A DNA stretch of 64,000 bases. Source: a virus (taxonomy: Duplodnaviria > Caudoviricetes). The number at the start of each line of letters is the position of its first letter. The first letter of the stretch is position 1. Below, in pieces: positions 9,970 to 19,650 of the stretch. The DNA is taken from the IMG/VR virus record IMGVR_UViG_3300028887_000067, positions 224,001 to 288,000 of that record; one strand, written 5' to 3'. A program made the translations under genes and the position numbers. The notes beneath the pieces were generated by a model. That model did not search any database and was not told the origin of the DNA. It saw only the letters and a program-made list of their open reading frames with translations.

Positions 9970-10584
9970 ATGGCACTTACTCTCTCCAAAGGCAACGTGA
10001 TTTCCTTGAAAAAGGGAGTCAAGTATGCCAAGATTGGCCTCGGTTGGCAGTGCGGTACGCAGAACATCGACCTTGACGCGTCGGCGTTTCTTCTCGGTTC
10101 CAACGGGAAGTGCGCTTCCGACGACGATGTCGTGTTCTACGGTATGCAAAGCGACGACAAGGTCCACGTATCCGGCGCAGTGAAGTACGGCGGTGACAGC
10201 CTCTCCGGCGGCGACGGCGACGAGGACGACGAGACGCTCTTCTTCGATTTCGAGAAGATGCCCAGGCGCGTCACCGAGGTCGACATCACGGTTACCATCC
10301 ACCGTTGGAAGACCCGTAACCAGACGTTCGGAATGGTCAAAAAGGCTTACTGCCGCCTTATTGCCACCGACGCGAACGGCAACCCAGACGGCTCCGGAGA
10401 CGAGCTCCGCTTTAACCTCCCTGATGACTACCCGAAAGATACCGCAATCCTCGTGGCCAAGCTCATCAAGGACGACGCCAGCAGGACGTGGTCGTTCAAG
10501 GCGGTCGGCGACGGCTACCAGAACGCCGGCCTCGGCAAGCTCGTCCGCGACCGCGGCCTCGTTTGCGACGACGGAGACCAGTAA
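9970..10584 (+). CDS. terD: TerD-family protein
   Basis: GLGW, DLDASAF, GDGDEDDE, QTFGMV, WSFKAVG. Confidence 0.9.
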   Translation: MALTLSKGNVISLKKGVKYAKIGLGWQCGTQNIDLDASAFLLGSNGKCASDDDVVFYGMQSDDKVHVSGAVKYGGDSLSGGDGDEDDETLFFDFEKMPRRVTEVDITVTIHRWKTRNQTFGMVKKAYCRLIATDANGNPDGSGDELRFNLPDDYPKDTAILVAKLIKDDASRTWSFKAVGDGYQNAGLGKLVRDRGLVCDDGDQ

Positions 10585-11030
10585 TGGGCGAAGCTTACGA
10601 TATGGAAAACAGAACGCCGTCGAACCGGAATGGCCGTAACAAGGCCATCCTGTTTGCCTGCCTGCTTGCCTATATCGCGTTGGTCGCGCCGTCCGTCTAC
10701 GGTATGGCCCGGTTCTTCACCGGTATGGCAACCGGAGGCTCCTGTACAGCCGACGTAGCCATCGTGCAGCCGGACGGCACGTATATCCAGTCTGCCGTGA
10801 TATCGCTCAATGGTGACGGCGTTGTCGTGAAGGACATGTCGTGCGCCAAGTTCAACGAGCGTTACTCGGAAGAACGTCCGCTTAACCTATTTCGCTACGC
10901 GCATCCGTACTTCGCGCTATACTCTTTGCTGGTATGCGCGGGGACGCTGGTGGCCTTAGTGTCCTGGCCACTGGCGTCTTTCGGCGGATTCTTGTCCCGT
11001 AGGTTGGTCAAGCGTAAACAGAATTGCTAG
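10584..11030 (+). CDS. Two-TM membrane protein
   Basis: TAATG coupling to terD; two hydrophobic segments. Confidence 0.6.
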   Translation: MGEAYDMENRTPSNRNGRNKAILFACLLAYIALVAPSVYGMARFFTGMATGGSCTADVAIVQPDGTYIQSAVISLNGDGVVVKDMSCAKFNERYSEERPLNLFRYAHPYFALYSLLVCAGTLVALVSWPLASFGGFLSRRLVKRKQNC

Positions 11031-11048
11031 TAGTCCATATAGCAAGCC

Positions 11049-11080
11049 AAAGCGCCTCGCCGGTAACGGCGGGGCGTTTT
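11049..11080 (+). terminator. Intrinsic terminator
   Basis: GCGCCTCGCCG-gtaa-CGGCGGGGCGT plus TTT. Confidence 0.75.
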
Positions 11081-11084
11081 GCTA

Positions 11085-11113
11085 TTGACAATTCACTGTA
11101 TATTTGTTATATT
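11085..11113 (+). promoter_or_regulatory. Sigma70-type promoter, probably leaderless
   Basis: TTGACA-17 nt-TATATT, ATG 6 nt downstream. Confidence 0.8.
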
Positions 11114-11119
11114 TACGGT

Positions 11120-11668
11120 ATGGAAAATGTACCCGATTCTACGCCGGAGACAACGAAGCACATCGATGCCGTCTTCGAACGCCTCCTGAATTTCGCAACG
11201 AAGATTATCAGGCGCGGCCACTTGCACGACCGTACCAAGCTCCTCCCGCCGGAAAAACCTGGTTTCGACAAGTACACGCCTGACCTCGCGAAGCTGAAAT
11301 ACGGAACCAAGGCGTACGAGGAAAACAAGGTCAGGATGGCCCCGTTCCTCGGCCACCACTACAGGAACAATTCGCACCATCCGGAACACTTTAAAAAATT
11401 CCACGACGGGATGACTCTATACGACCTTGTCGAGTACTATGCCGACATATCGGCGTCGGTATCACGCGGGAAGGACGGGAATATTTTCAAGTCGCTCAGA
11501 ATCCACAAGAAGAAATACAAAATGTCAGACCAGCTCTATAACATACTGAAGAACACGGCCAAGCTGGACTTCCGCAGGGAGCCGGCGCCCGGCGTCGAGG
11601 GATATGCCACCGAGGACCTAGCCAAGTCCGCGAGCACGGTCGATGAGATCGTGAAAGAAGCTCCATGA
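11120..11668 (+). CDS. DUF5662-like HD-type protein
   Basis: HDRTKL, HHYRNNSHHPEHF, MTLYDLVEYYAD. Confidence 0.75.
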   Translation: MENVPDSTPETTKHIDAVFERLLNFATKIIRRGHLHDRTKLLPPEKPGFDKYTPDLAKLKYGTKAYEENKVRMAPFLGHHYRNNSHHPEHFKKFHDGMTLYDLVEYYADISASVSRGKDGNIFKSLRIHKKKYKMSDQLYNILKNTAKLDFRREPAPGVEGYATEDLAKSASTVDEIVKEAP

Positions 11669-12573
11669 GGACGCTCCTTGCTATCCCGTCGAAGGGACAG
11701 GTGAAGTACCTGCCCCGCATGCTTGCCGACCTCTGCGCGATGTCGGTAAAGCCCGATCGTGTCCTCTACATGTTGGACAGGCCGCCCGCATCGGATATCG
11801 TGGAATGCAGGAAGCTGCTTTCCGGAAATGCGTCCGTCGAGCTTGTCATCGTCAACAAGATGCCTGATCGCATCGGGCATCCCCAGATGGTCTACGGGGA
11901 ATCCCAGTTCCTCGCCGGACACGTCAGGGAACTAGCCATCAACTACATGCTGGATAACGGATACGACGCCGTGGTGTTCACCGACGGCGACTGCCTACCC
12001 GAGCCGGATCTCGTCAAGGAGCACGTCGCGGCGCTGGACTGCGGTTCGCCCGCCGTGTCGGTGGGACAGCGCAAGGAGTTCATCCATGACTGGGCTGACC
12101 AAAGACTAAGGCCGGATAGCCAGATATCCGTGTTCTTCGATCGGGCGACTCCCGTAGAGAAGGAATGCTACTTCGTCGATTCCGGCGTGGTATGGACGTG
12201 CAACTTCGGCATGAACAGGGAAGCCGTCCTGAAGTTGCGCGGTATCAACAATACCCTCTACGGAAGGGAGGAGACGTTCCTGAGCGACTTCCACGGGACG
12301 TGGGGAGGCGAGGACGGCTTTATCGGCATGGAGTGCTTCTACACGGCGATACCGGTCATTGCGCTCCCACTGGGGCCCAGCGGGGTCAAGCACCAGTTCC
12401 ATACGAGGGAATCCGACAAGTACCAGCACGACTCGTTCATAGACTATCTCGAATCGCACAGGGAACAGCTCCTGTACCTTCTCGACAGGTATGGCCTGAA
12501 CGTACGCGGGATCGGCTTCCTCCCGCGTGAGGACATACTGAAGCGCGACGGGATTTTCGAAACCGAGCCCTGA
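11665..12573 (+). CDS. GT2/GT-A glycosyltransferase
   Basis: VVFTDGD, WTCNFG, GTWGGED. Confidence 0.8.
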   Translation: MRTLLAIPSKGQVKYLPRMLADLCAMSVKPDRVLYMLDRPPASDIVECRKLLSGNASVELVIVNKMPDRIGHPQMVYGESQFLAGHVRELAINYMLDNGYDAVVFTDGDCLPEPDLVKEHVAALDCGSPAVSVGQRKEFIHDWADQRLRPDSQISVFFDRATPVEKECYFVDSGVVWTCNFGMNREAVLKLRGINNTLYGREETFLSDFHGTWGGEDGFIGMECFYTAIPVIALPLGPSGVKHQFHTRESDKYQHDSFIDYLESHREQLLYLLDRYGLNVRGIGFLPREDILKRDGIFETEP

Positions 12574-12605
12574 CTAAATTTTCATTCACTTAAAGCGAGG
12601 AATAA

Positions 12606-13289
12606 ATGAAAACCGTAACAGAATATGCAATCAATCAGAAAGTGTCCATAAAGGAAACTGACATCGCAGAACTGTATGGCCTTTCCATTAAGGTCACTGG
12701 GTTCATGTACCATAAACCCGAATGTACTTTGAAATACAGTCGTAAACTCATTGATGGCGTAAGCGGTTGTGGTTGGCTTAACGGCCTCAATGATTATGGA
12801 AAGCCTGAAAAGACTATCACGTTATTCCTCAAGGAAGAGGGCAGGCCATCCAAGAACCTGGCTCTAAACTTGAAGGCGGAACCGATCAACCCCGAGTTCG
12901 TTAAGATCTTTGAACAGGATATTGCCGCACTTGAACAGAACAATGTAACCGGTTTCTTCTACAACTATCTTATTTGCAATGGCGGAGCCAACTACAAGGA
13001 AATGTCCATTAAGGACGCGGAAGCTATGATGGTTCTCGATGAGAATGGGAATTATAAAGGTTTCACGCTGTCGAATCTGACTAATTTTAGCAGCATCATT
13101 CTTACTGCCGCCGCCATCAACCAGGCTAGAGAACGCTATGAAAAGGATACCAGCAAGGAAAAGGTTACGCTCGAAAAAATCGAATCTTATCAGGAAGTCG
13201 AGAAGGGTTATGATGTGTTCTATGGTGGCCTGATTTTCGGTAAGGATATTAAGAGCCATGAATATGGTTATAAGTCAGAAGGGTGGTGA
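12606..13289 (+). CDS. Hypothetical protein, more AT-rich than neighbours
   Basis: GAGG RBS, 227 aa. Confidence 0.7.
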   Translation: MKTVTEYAINQKVSIKETDIAELYGLSIKVTGFMYHKPECTLKYSRKLIDGVSGCGWLNGLNDYGKPEKTITLFLKEEGRPSKNLALNLKAEPINPEFVKIFEQDIAALEQNNVTGFFYNYLICNGGANYKEMSIKDAEAMMVLDENGNYKGFTLSNLTNFSSIILTAAAINQARERYEKDTSKEKVTLEKIESYQEVEKGYDVFYGGLIFGKDIKSHEYGYKSEGW

Positions 13290-13370
13290 TAATGGCTGTC
13301 CGTCTGGCGACATTCATACTGTACCAAGAGGCGTAATATATAAACTGCGGTTAGTAATAAGGAATTTCTT

Positions 13371-15704
13371 ATGCCGACCAACAAGCAGGTGCTATATCGA
13401 GTTATCCATCAGATCCTAGGCCTGCCCGAGTGCGACGCGGGCGATATCAAGGTGGATATGAACGACATCTCGCTTTCCGACCGAGGATTCGTCGTAAAGT
13501 TCCGTACACCCGACTCGACCTCTCCCCTGTTCGTTATGAAGTCCAATATGGTCAACACGGAAATCGTGTTCCGTGACGAGAACGTCAGGCGACGTATCGA
13601 TGTTACCGACACGGGAATATCCGACGTTGACCTCGGCTGGGTCAAGAAGGCGATCGCCTACTACGTGCGCACGGTGCGCGAAATCGCGACCCGCGTCATG
13701 ACGGCCGAGGGCGCGATGCAGTCGGAGCGTGGCGAACCTTATTTCGAACAGTTCCCGAAGGCTTCCCCGAGACAACTGCTCGACCAGTCGTACCCGAGTC
13801 CGGAGCTCGTTGACGCGGTGAAGAACTATCTGACCGTGATGGGCGCCTACGACGAGGAAGCCGCCGAGGGAATCCTGACGGACAACAGGGTAGCGCTATC
13901 CAGACTCGTCGCCTCCGGGGTGTCTCCGGCCGACGCGGTCAAGTACGTGTTCAACTCGCCGACGCAAATCGCCAACATCGATCCCGACGACATCGTGGTT
14001 TCCGACAGGAAGACCGGTGAATCGGTCACTCTCGGGCGCAGCTCGGGAAGCCGGCTCTCCACCCTTCTCGACGCCCCGCTCAACGAGAATACGTCGTGCT
14101 CTGTCGACATTGGCTACCTGCAGGGCGGCGAGCGTCCGGCGATGTTCTACCGTCTCACCATAGACGGCGGCAAGCTGGCTCTCACGCGCTACACGAACCC
14201 CGACGAAGGCGGTAAGGTCAATACCAGCTCGGTCAAGTCTACTACCGCCCTGGGTGATCTCGATTCGCTGAACGAGTGGATCGATTCCACCATCCAGTCC
14301 CTCTACGAGGTCGACTACGACATCGACAACAAGCCGAAGGGCAACCTCGTCGTGTATTTCGGTGAGAACCCGCCGGAAAAATATCCGGACGACGTGGCCG
14401 CGACCATGGCGGCCTACAGGAAGGCGGGACACCGGGTCGAGATGTCGGCGAACGCCGGTAGCACGAACCTTGTCAGCGATGTCCCGGTCGAGTTCAAGGT
14501 GGCCGACACGGCGGACGACAGTACCGACCACGCCGTCGTATACCTGCTTGGCAGTACCAAGCTTCCCGTCATATCCATCCCGGTCGACGGCGACACGTCC
14601 CACGCGGGAGAAGGTTTCATCGTTGTTGACGACGGCGCCGGTACGGAGATGAAGTATATGACCCGCGTCGGTCGCAAGACGGCATACGCTTCGGAATCAT
14701 TCAACACGGTTGCAGGTGCGGTTAGCTTCGCCCGCAAGCTAGTCCCTGCATACAAGCTCGTGACCGATTTTGACAAGGGAGTACGAGGCCTCGTCAGGCT
14801 TCTCATCAATTCCGGCGCGAAGGACGTGGAAGGCGCAAACATATCCCATATCGACCCGTCGAACTACTACACCGATTCGAAAATAGACAAGGTCGGCGAC
14901 AACGTGAAGGTCGTCATGACCCTGTTCTCGACGATTTCCGACAAGACGATGGTGTTCGACGCGATCGTTTCCGACGTCGAAGGCGGGGTGAAGGTCGACT
15001 TCATGTACAGACCCGCCGCGGCAAGTACGCCGGTAGAGGTCAAGCTTGGCGACGAAAGCGTTGCCCAGGCGCTTACCGACCCGTCCAACGGCAGCTTCAA
15101 CGACATAATCAAGACCATGATACCCGTGCTGGCGTCTTCTATGTACGGCAACAAGCCTACCCAGAGCGAAATCGCCAAGAACACGGCCCAGGCCGAGCTG
15201 GAGCGCCGCCGTCGCAACAGTCTCGTCGCTGAACCCGAAGTGGACAAGTCCGACGCCATCGCCAAGATTGGCGCCTGCCGCACGGCGTTCGACAACACGT
15301 TCGGCCCGATGGTCGAGCAGCTCCGTGACAAGTCCGGCGAGGGAGCGTACGCCGACGTTACCTACAAGCTCAGCCAGAACTACGTGTCGCGAAACGATGA
15401 CGGAAACATAGTGTCCGTGTCGTTCAACGTGGACAACGGCGAGAGCGGAAACTTCTTCACGATGCAGAAAGCCGACGAGGCCGGAAAGCGTCTTGACGAG
15501 AGCGTCGTTGTATGCCAGGTCGAGGGCAACGCGAACAGCTACGTCTCTTACGAGAACGGAAGGCTGTCTCCGAAGTTCGTCGAGTGGTTCCTGTCCAAAC
15601 CGGGCAAGCTGCAGAGCGCTATAGCAAGGGCGAGACGGCACGCTGAGGAGCCGCCCGCAGAACCGGACACTTCCCTGATATACAGGGACGGCCCAGAGGA
15701 CTAG
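13371..15704 (+). CDS. Large hypothetical protein, possibly virion-associated
   Basis: 777 aa, AAGGA RBS, TATAAACT upstream. Confidence 0.7.
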   Translation: MPTNKQVLYRVIHQILGLPECDAGDIKVDMNDISLSDRGFVVKFRTPDSTSPLFVMKSNMVNTEIVFRDENVRRRIDVTDTGISDVDLGWVKKAIAYYVRTVREIATRVMTAEGAMQSERGEPYFEQFPKASPRQLLDQSYPSPELVDAVKNYLTVMGAYDEEAAEGILTDNRVALSRLVASGVSPADAVKYVFNSPTQIANIDPDDIVVSDRKTGESVTLGRSSGSRLSTLLDAPLNENTSCSVDIGYLQGGERPAMFYRLTIDGGKLALTRYTNPDEGGKVNTSSVKSTTALGDLDSLNEWIDSTIQSLYEVDYDIDNKPKGNLVVYFGENPPEKYPDDVAATMAAYRKAGHRVEMSANAGSTNLVSDVPVEFKVADTADDSTDHAVVYLLGSTKLPVISIPVDGDTSHAGEGFIVVDDGAGTEMKYMTRVGRKTAYASESFNTVAGAVSFARKLVPAYKLVTDFDKGVRGLVRLLINSGAKDVEGANISHIDPSNYYTDSKIDKVGDNVKVVMTLFSTISDKTMVFDAIVSDVEGGVKVDFMYRPAAASTPVEVKLGDESVAQALTDPSNGSFNDIIKTMIPVLASSMYGNKPTQSEIAKNTAQAELERRRRNSLVAEPEVDKSDAIAKIGACRTAFDNTFGPMVEQLRDKSGEGAYADVTYKLSQNYVSRNDDGNIVSVSFNVDNGESGNFFTMQKADEAGKRLDESVVVCQVEGNANSYVSYENGRLSPKFVEWFLSKPGKLQSAIARARRHAEEPPAEPDTSLIYRDGPED

Positions 15705-15708
15705 GATT

Positions 15709-15740
15709 AAAAAAAAAGGCACCGCAGTAGCGGTGCCGTT
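15709..15740. terminator. Terminator between convergent genes
   Basis: A9 then GGCACCGC-agta-GCGGTGCC. Confidence 0.8.
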
Positions 15741-15757
15741 CTCGTCTTCAGAAATGG

Positions 15758-16357
15758 TTACCACGCGAACGTCTTCTTCAGCGAGTCGGCGGTACGGCCT
15801 TGCCGCTTAACCCATTCGTGGTCGTGTTGCATCTTTTCCCCGTTCTCTTTCTTTTTCTTTTCGCCTTCGGGTTCATCCGGATCCGGCGCGAGGTCGCCCC
15901 ACACCATGTCGTCGTCATCGACATCGGGTTCGTTTTCTTCGACTTGCTCGCCTTTCAGGCTACGTACGTGCTTGTTGATGGCGGCTACTATGTAGCGGTA
16001 AATCTTGTTCCTTGTCTCGTCGTCGGCGGATTCGAAGTCGGCGATGAGAGGCATGTAGTACGACGTCGCGATGTCGCGTACTTCTTCCTGCGTGATGTGG
16101 GGAGTGTCGCAGTCCGCCGGAATGCTGTTGGCGTATTCTTCGGTAAATTTCTTCACAGCCGCGTTGTATATGTCGTTTGGCGTCTGCGCCTGTTGCTGTA
16201 CGGGCTCCTGGTCATTCTCCGACTGCTGTGCCGTAGCCGGTTGAGCCTGCTGGGCCTGCGTAGCGTCCTCGAATATGGAATTGGGGTTATGTTCGCCGGT
16301 ACGCTCGAAAATGCGACCGAATGCGTCAAGCATGTTGCACCCAATGTGTTCAATCAT
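15758..16357 (-). CDS. Acidic, Gln-rich hypothetical protein, possibly a head-internal protein
   Basis: 199 aa; TATAAACT upstream on minus strand. Confidence 0.65.
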   Translation of the reverse strand: MIEHIGCNMLDAFGRIFERTGEHNPNSIFEDATQAQQAQPATAQQSENDQEPVQQQAQTPNDIYNAAVKKFTEEYANSIPADCDTPHITQEEVRDIATSYYMPLIADFESADDETRNKIYRYIVAAINKHVRSLKGEQVEENEPDVDDDDMVWGDLAPDPDEPEGEKKKKENGEKMQHDHEWVKRQGRTADSLKKTFAW

Positions 16358-16416
16358 AATAGGCTCGCGGTTCGTTTTGATGTAGTTTATAAGATTGAAC
16401 TAAATAGGAACCACGC

Positions 16417-17370
16417 ATGACACCGGAAAACATCTCTGATAGGGAATCCAAGTTCGCTCTGAAGCTTGTCGATTCCAACGCTAAACAGTTCACCGCAGGC
16501 GATGCCATCGACATCGGCGGTGGATTCAGCATCACGCCGTTGACCACTAACATCAGCTCGTACTACTACAAGACTCCGACCACGAAGACACAGATATGTC
16601 TCCATTTCACGGTCGGCATGATCCAGTCGGACATAGCCACGCTGACGAGGGCGAACAACCATATGTCCGTGCAGTACGTGGTCGACCGCCTCGGACACAT
16701 CTACAGGCTATTCCCCGACGAGTTCTGGAGCTACCATCTTGGCGCGAGCGCGGTCGGCGGCAACGCGGCTATGTCGAAACAGTCCATCGGTATCGAGATT
16801 TCGAACTACGGCCCGCTCAAGCTCAACGGGGCCAAGTATGAAGATGTCTACGGCAGTACCTATACGACGGACGACTCGCTCGTAGACAAGGTGTCCTTCC
16901 GTGGTTACGACTACTACGCCAAGATGTCCGAACGACAGAAGGAAGCCGTGGCGCGTCTGGCCGTGTACATCTCCAAGAAACACGGGATCCCGCTCGACTT
17001 CAAGGAATTCTTGTCCGAACCGTTCAAGAGCAAGGAGGACGCGCTCGCGTTCCGTGGGATATTCTGTCACTGCCATGTCCGCAGCGACAAGTACGACCTG
17101 CCTCCCGAACAGGCGATGCAGATCAAGGACGCGATAGCCGCCGTCACCAGCCCAGTTGCCGAACCGGCGCAGGAACCCGTACAGGAGCCGGAAAAGGAAC
17201 CCGATAAAGAGCCGGAAAAGGAACCGGAAAAAGAGACAGAAAAGGAGGCCGAACCGCAACAGGCGCCCTCCGTGGAAAGTCGTCCGGAACCTGTCCGGCA
17301 AGTTGAACCGCCTGCACGCCTGCCGTGGTGGCAACGGCTTCTTGAAATTCTTCGCGACGCGTTCCGCTAA
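16417..17370 (+). CDS. N-acetylmuramoyl-L-alanine amidase (Amidase_2), endolysin-like
   Basis: ICLHFT, SVQYVVD, WSYHLG, SIGIEI, HCHVRSDKYD; EPEK-repeat linker. Confidence 0.85.
   Translation: MTPENISDRESKFALKLVDSNAKQFTAGDAIDIGGGFSITPLTTNISSYYYKTPTTKTQICLHFTVGMIQSDIATLTRANNHMSVQYVVDRLGHIYRLFPDEFWSYHLGASAVGGNAAMSKQSIGIEISNYGPLKLNGAKYEDVYGSTYTTDDSLVDKVSFRGYDYYAKMSERQKEAVARLAVYISKKHGIPLDFKEFLSEPFKSKEDALAFRGIFCHCHVRSDKYDLPPEQAMQIKDAIAAVTSPVAEPAQEPVQEPEKEPDKEPEKEPEKETEKEAEPQQAPSVESRPEPVRQVEPPARLPWWQRLLEILRDAFR
17161..17262 (+). repeat. 12-bp coding tandem repeat (EPEK linker)
   Basis: GAACCGGAAAAG-like units giving EPAQ EPVQ EPEK EPDK EPEK EPEK ETEK. Confidence 0.8.
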
Positions 17371-17398
17371 GTTCAACCGTAATTGCTATATTTGCACC

Positions 17399-17893
17399 AT
17401 GATCGACATTACAAAGACACACGCATTCTTTTTCACCGAGTGGCCGTCCAACTTCTACTATACGACCATCGAATACAAGGGGCAGAAGTTCTTCTGTTCC
17501 GAGCAGGCGTTCATGTGGGAAAAGGCCAAGTATTTCAAGGACGAGGAAACCGCCTCCCTCATCCTTATGGTCGATACGCCTATGAAGGCAAAGCAGCTTG
17601 GGCGTAAAGTCCGTAACTACGTCGATTCTGAATGGGACAAGGTGCGGTTCGACGTTATGTACGAGGTCAACTTGGCCAAGTTCTCCCAGAACGATGAGCT
17701 GAAGCGCAAGCTGCTCGACCCGAAGTTCGACGGCAAGACCTTCGTCGAGGCGTCTCCCTACGACAACATCTGGGGAATCAAGATAGGCCTCGGAGATGCC
17801 CGCCTTCACGACGAAAAGAACTGGATGGGGCAGAATCTCCTCGGTAAGGTCATCACGAAAGTCCGCGAAACCCTCAAGTCGGAAAGTAAGTGA
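17399..17893 (+). CDS. NADAR (YbiA-like) protein
   Basis: SNFY, SEQAFM..KA, AKQLGRKV, AKFSQN, EASPYDNIWGI, GQNLLGK. Confidence 0.92.
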   Translation: MIDITKTHAFFFTEWPSNFYYTTIEYKGQKFFCSEQAFMWEKAKYFKDEETASLILMVDTPMKAKQLGRKVRNYVDSEWDKVRFDVMYEVNLAKFSQNDELKRKLLDPKFDGKTFVEASPYDNIWGIKIGLGDARLHDEKNWMGQNLLGKVITKVRETLKSESK

Positions 17894-18393
17894 TGGCTAC
17901 CGCAGTCTTCTATGTCGTGTTTGCCGTTCTGGGATTCGTCGTGCTGGCGCTGTCCCTTCGGAACGACTTCGCCGGACGGTCGCGTGACATAGTGGACGCG
18001 TGGTATGCCAGTACTGTAGACAAGATCAAGAAATACGCCGAGCTGGAATGCGGATGGAACGGATACGACGCCCCGATGATACCCCCCGAGGTCATCGCGT
18101 TCAGTCTCGCAGTGGTCGAGGAAATGAAGTCGTCCGGCCCGTGGGTCGCCCTGTGGGAGGTGTTCCCGACGGGGAGGGAGACCATACAATTCGAAACGAG
18201 CCAGACGGCCTATGTCGAAGTGGAAATATACAAGAAATACGCTGTGCTGTTCGACCAGAGCAAGAAGAGCAACAGCGAACAGGTATTGCATGCTTTCGAC
18301 GCCAAGGACGTCGTCGAAAAGATGAGGTCGGCGACGAAAGTCCCTCTCATGAAGAAACTCAGTTGGTATTGGTATGGCGACACTCAACAATAA
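17890..18393 (+). CDS. Membrane-anchored hypothetical protein
   Basis: N-terminal TM; GWNGYDAP and VFPTG..IQFE motifs. Confidence 0.65.
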   Translation: MMATAVFYVVFAVLGFVVLALSLRNDFAGRSRDIVDAWYASTVDKIKKYAELECGWNGYDAPMIPPEVIAFSLAVVEEMKSSGPWVALWEVFPTGRETIQFETSQTAYVEVEIYKKYAVLFDQSKKSNSEQVLHAFDAKDVVEKMRSATKVPLMKKLSWYWYGDTQQ

Positions 18394-19582
18394 ATATGAT
18401 GTCCTGCTTGTCGGGGCCGGGCTGTTCAACGCGGTTCTCGCGTGCAGGTTGCAGAAAATGGGGCTTTCCGTACTTGTAGTCGAGAAGCGGAAAGGGGAGG
18501 ACGCTATCGGCGGCAATTGCTCGACAAGGAATATGGGTGGAATCCACGTGCATACGTACGGGGCGCACATCTTCCACACGTCGGACGAGTCCGTATGGAA
18601 TTTCGCAAACAAGTTTGCCAAGTTCACCCCATTTGTCAACAGCCCCGTAGCTATGGTGACTACTGACCACGACCAGGCTCCTCGTCGCGCAAATACCTCG
18701 GAAAAGGTCGTTCTGCCCCGCAAATATTACGCGTACAACCTCCCGTTCAACATGAACACGTTTGCACGCCTGTTCAACGAGACCGACCCTTGCATAGTCA
18801 AGTGTATCATCAATGAGGAAACTGCCCCGTACGTCAAGCCCGAGTACGCGAACCTCGAGGAGAAGGCTCTTTCGATGGTTGGCCCGACCATCTACGAGAC
18901 GTTCATCAAGCACTACACCGAAAAGCAGTGGGGACGCCCGTGTACCGAATTGTCCCCCGATATCATAACGCGCATCCCGCTCCGGTTCACCTACGACAAC
19001 AACTATTTTACGGACACGTACCAGGGAATCCCTGTCGGTGGGTACAGCCAATGGATCAAGAATATGTTCGGCGATGCCCACATAATCACGGGCGTCAATT
19101 TCCTCGAACACACGGAAGACCTTATCCCCATCGCGAGCCACGTATTTTATTCCGGACGGGTAGACGACTTCTTCAAGCGCAAGTACGGGGAACTGGAATA
19201 CAGGAGCCTTAGCTTCGACATCCGTTTCGAGCCGACGGACAATTACCAAGGTGTTGCCGTGGCCAACTGGCCGGGGCCGGAAGTCCCTTACACGAGGACA
19301 ATCGAACACAGACATTTCATGTCGGCCGAAGAGCAGAAGTCCATAGAGCATAAGGGCACGTACATCACGACGGAATACCCATCCAAAATGTACACATACA
19401 GCGAGCCGTTCTACTCGGTGAACGACGCGAAGAACAACGCCTTGTACGCGAAGTATCTAGCGGAATGCCCCGACTATATGACGTTTGTCGGCCGGCTGGG
19501 AATGTACAAGTACAACGACATGGACGACACCATACTGCAGGCGTTAAATATCGACTTGTCGCGGTTTGCTAAAAAATTATGA
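18374..19582 (+). CDS. glf: UDP-galactopyranose mutase
   Basis: VGAGL, IGGN, HTYGAHIFHT, YTEKQWG, YQGIP.GGY, LEYRSL, GRLGMYKYNDMD. Confidence 0.95.
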   Translation: MATLNNKYDVLLVGAGLFNAVLACRLQKMGLSVLVVEKRKGEDAIGGNCSTRNMGGIHVHTYGAHIFHTSDESVWNFANKFAKFTPFVNSPVAMVTTDHDQAPRRANTSEKVVLPRKYYAYNLPFNMNTFARLFNETDPCIVKCIINEETAPYVKPEYANLEEKALSMVGPTIYETFIKHYTEKQWGRPCTELSPDIITRIPLRFTYDNNYFTDTYQGIPVGGYSQWIKNMFGDAHIITGVNFLEHTEDLIPIASHVFYSGRVDDFFKRKYGELEYRSLSFDIRFEPTDNYQGVAVANWPGPEVPYTRTIEHRHFMSAEEQKSIEHKGTYITTEYPSKMYTYSEPFYSVNDAKNNALYAKYLAECPDYMTFVGRLGMYKYNDMDDTILQALNIDLSRFAKKL

Positions 19583-19650
19583 AATGTGTCATAGCATTTC
19601 AATGGAAATATAGCAAATAATTCGATAATTGTGCAAAATAAATACTATGT

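Noticed and set aside
19579-19650. In-frame upstream ATG for TnpB, suggesting stop-codon readthrough or recoding
   Set aside because: Two TAA stops intervene, and other genes end normally at TAA, TAG and TGA, so there is no sign of an alternative code
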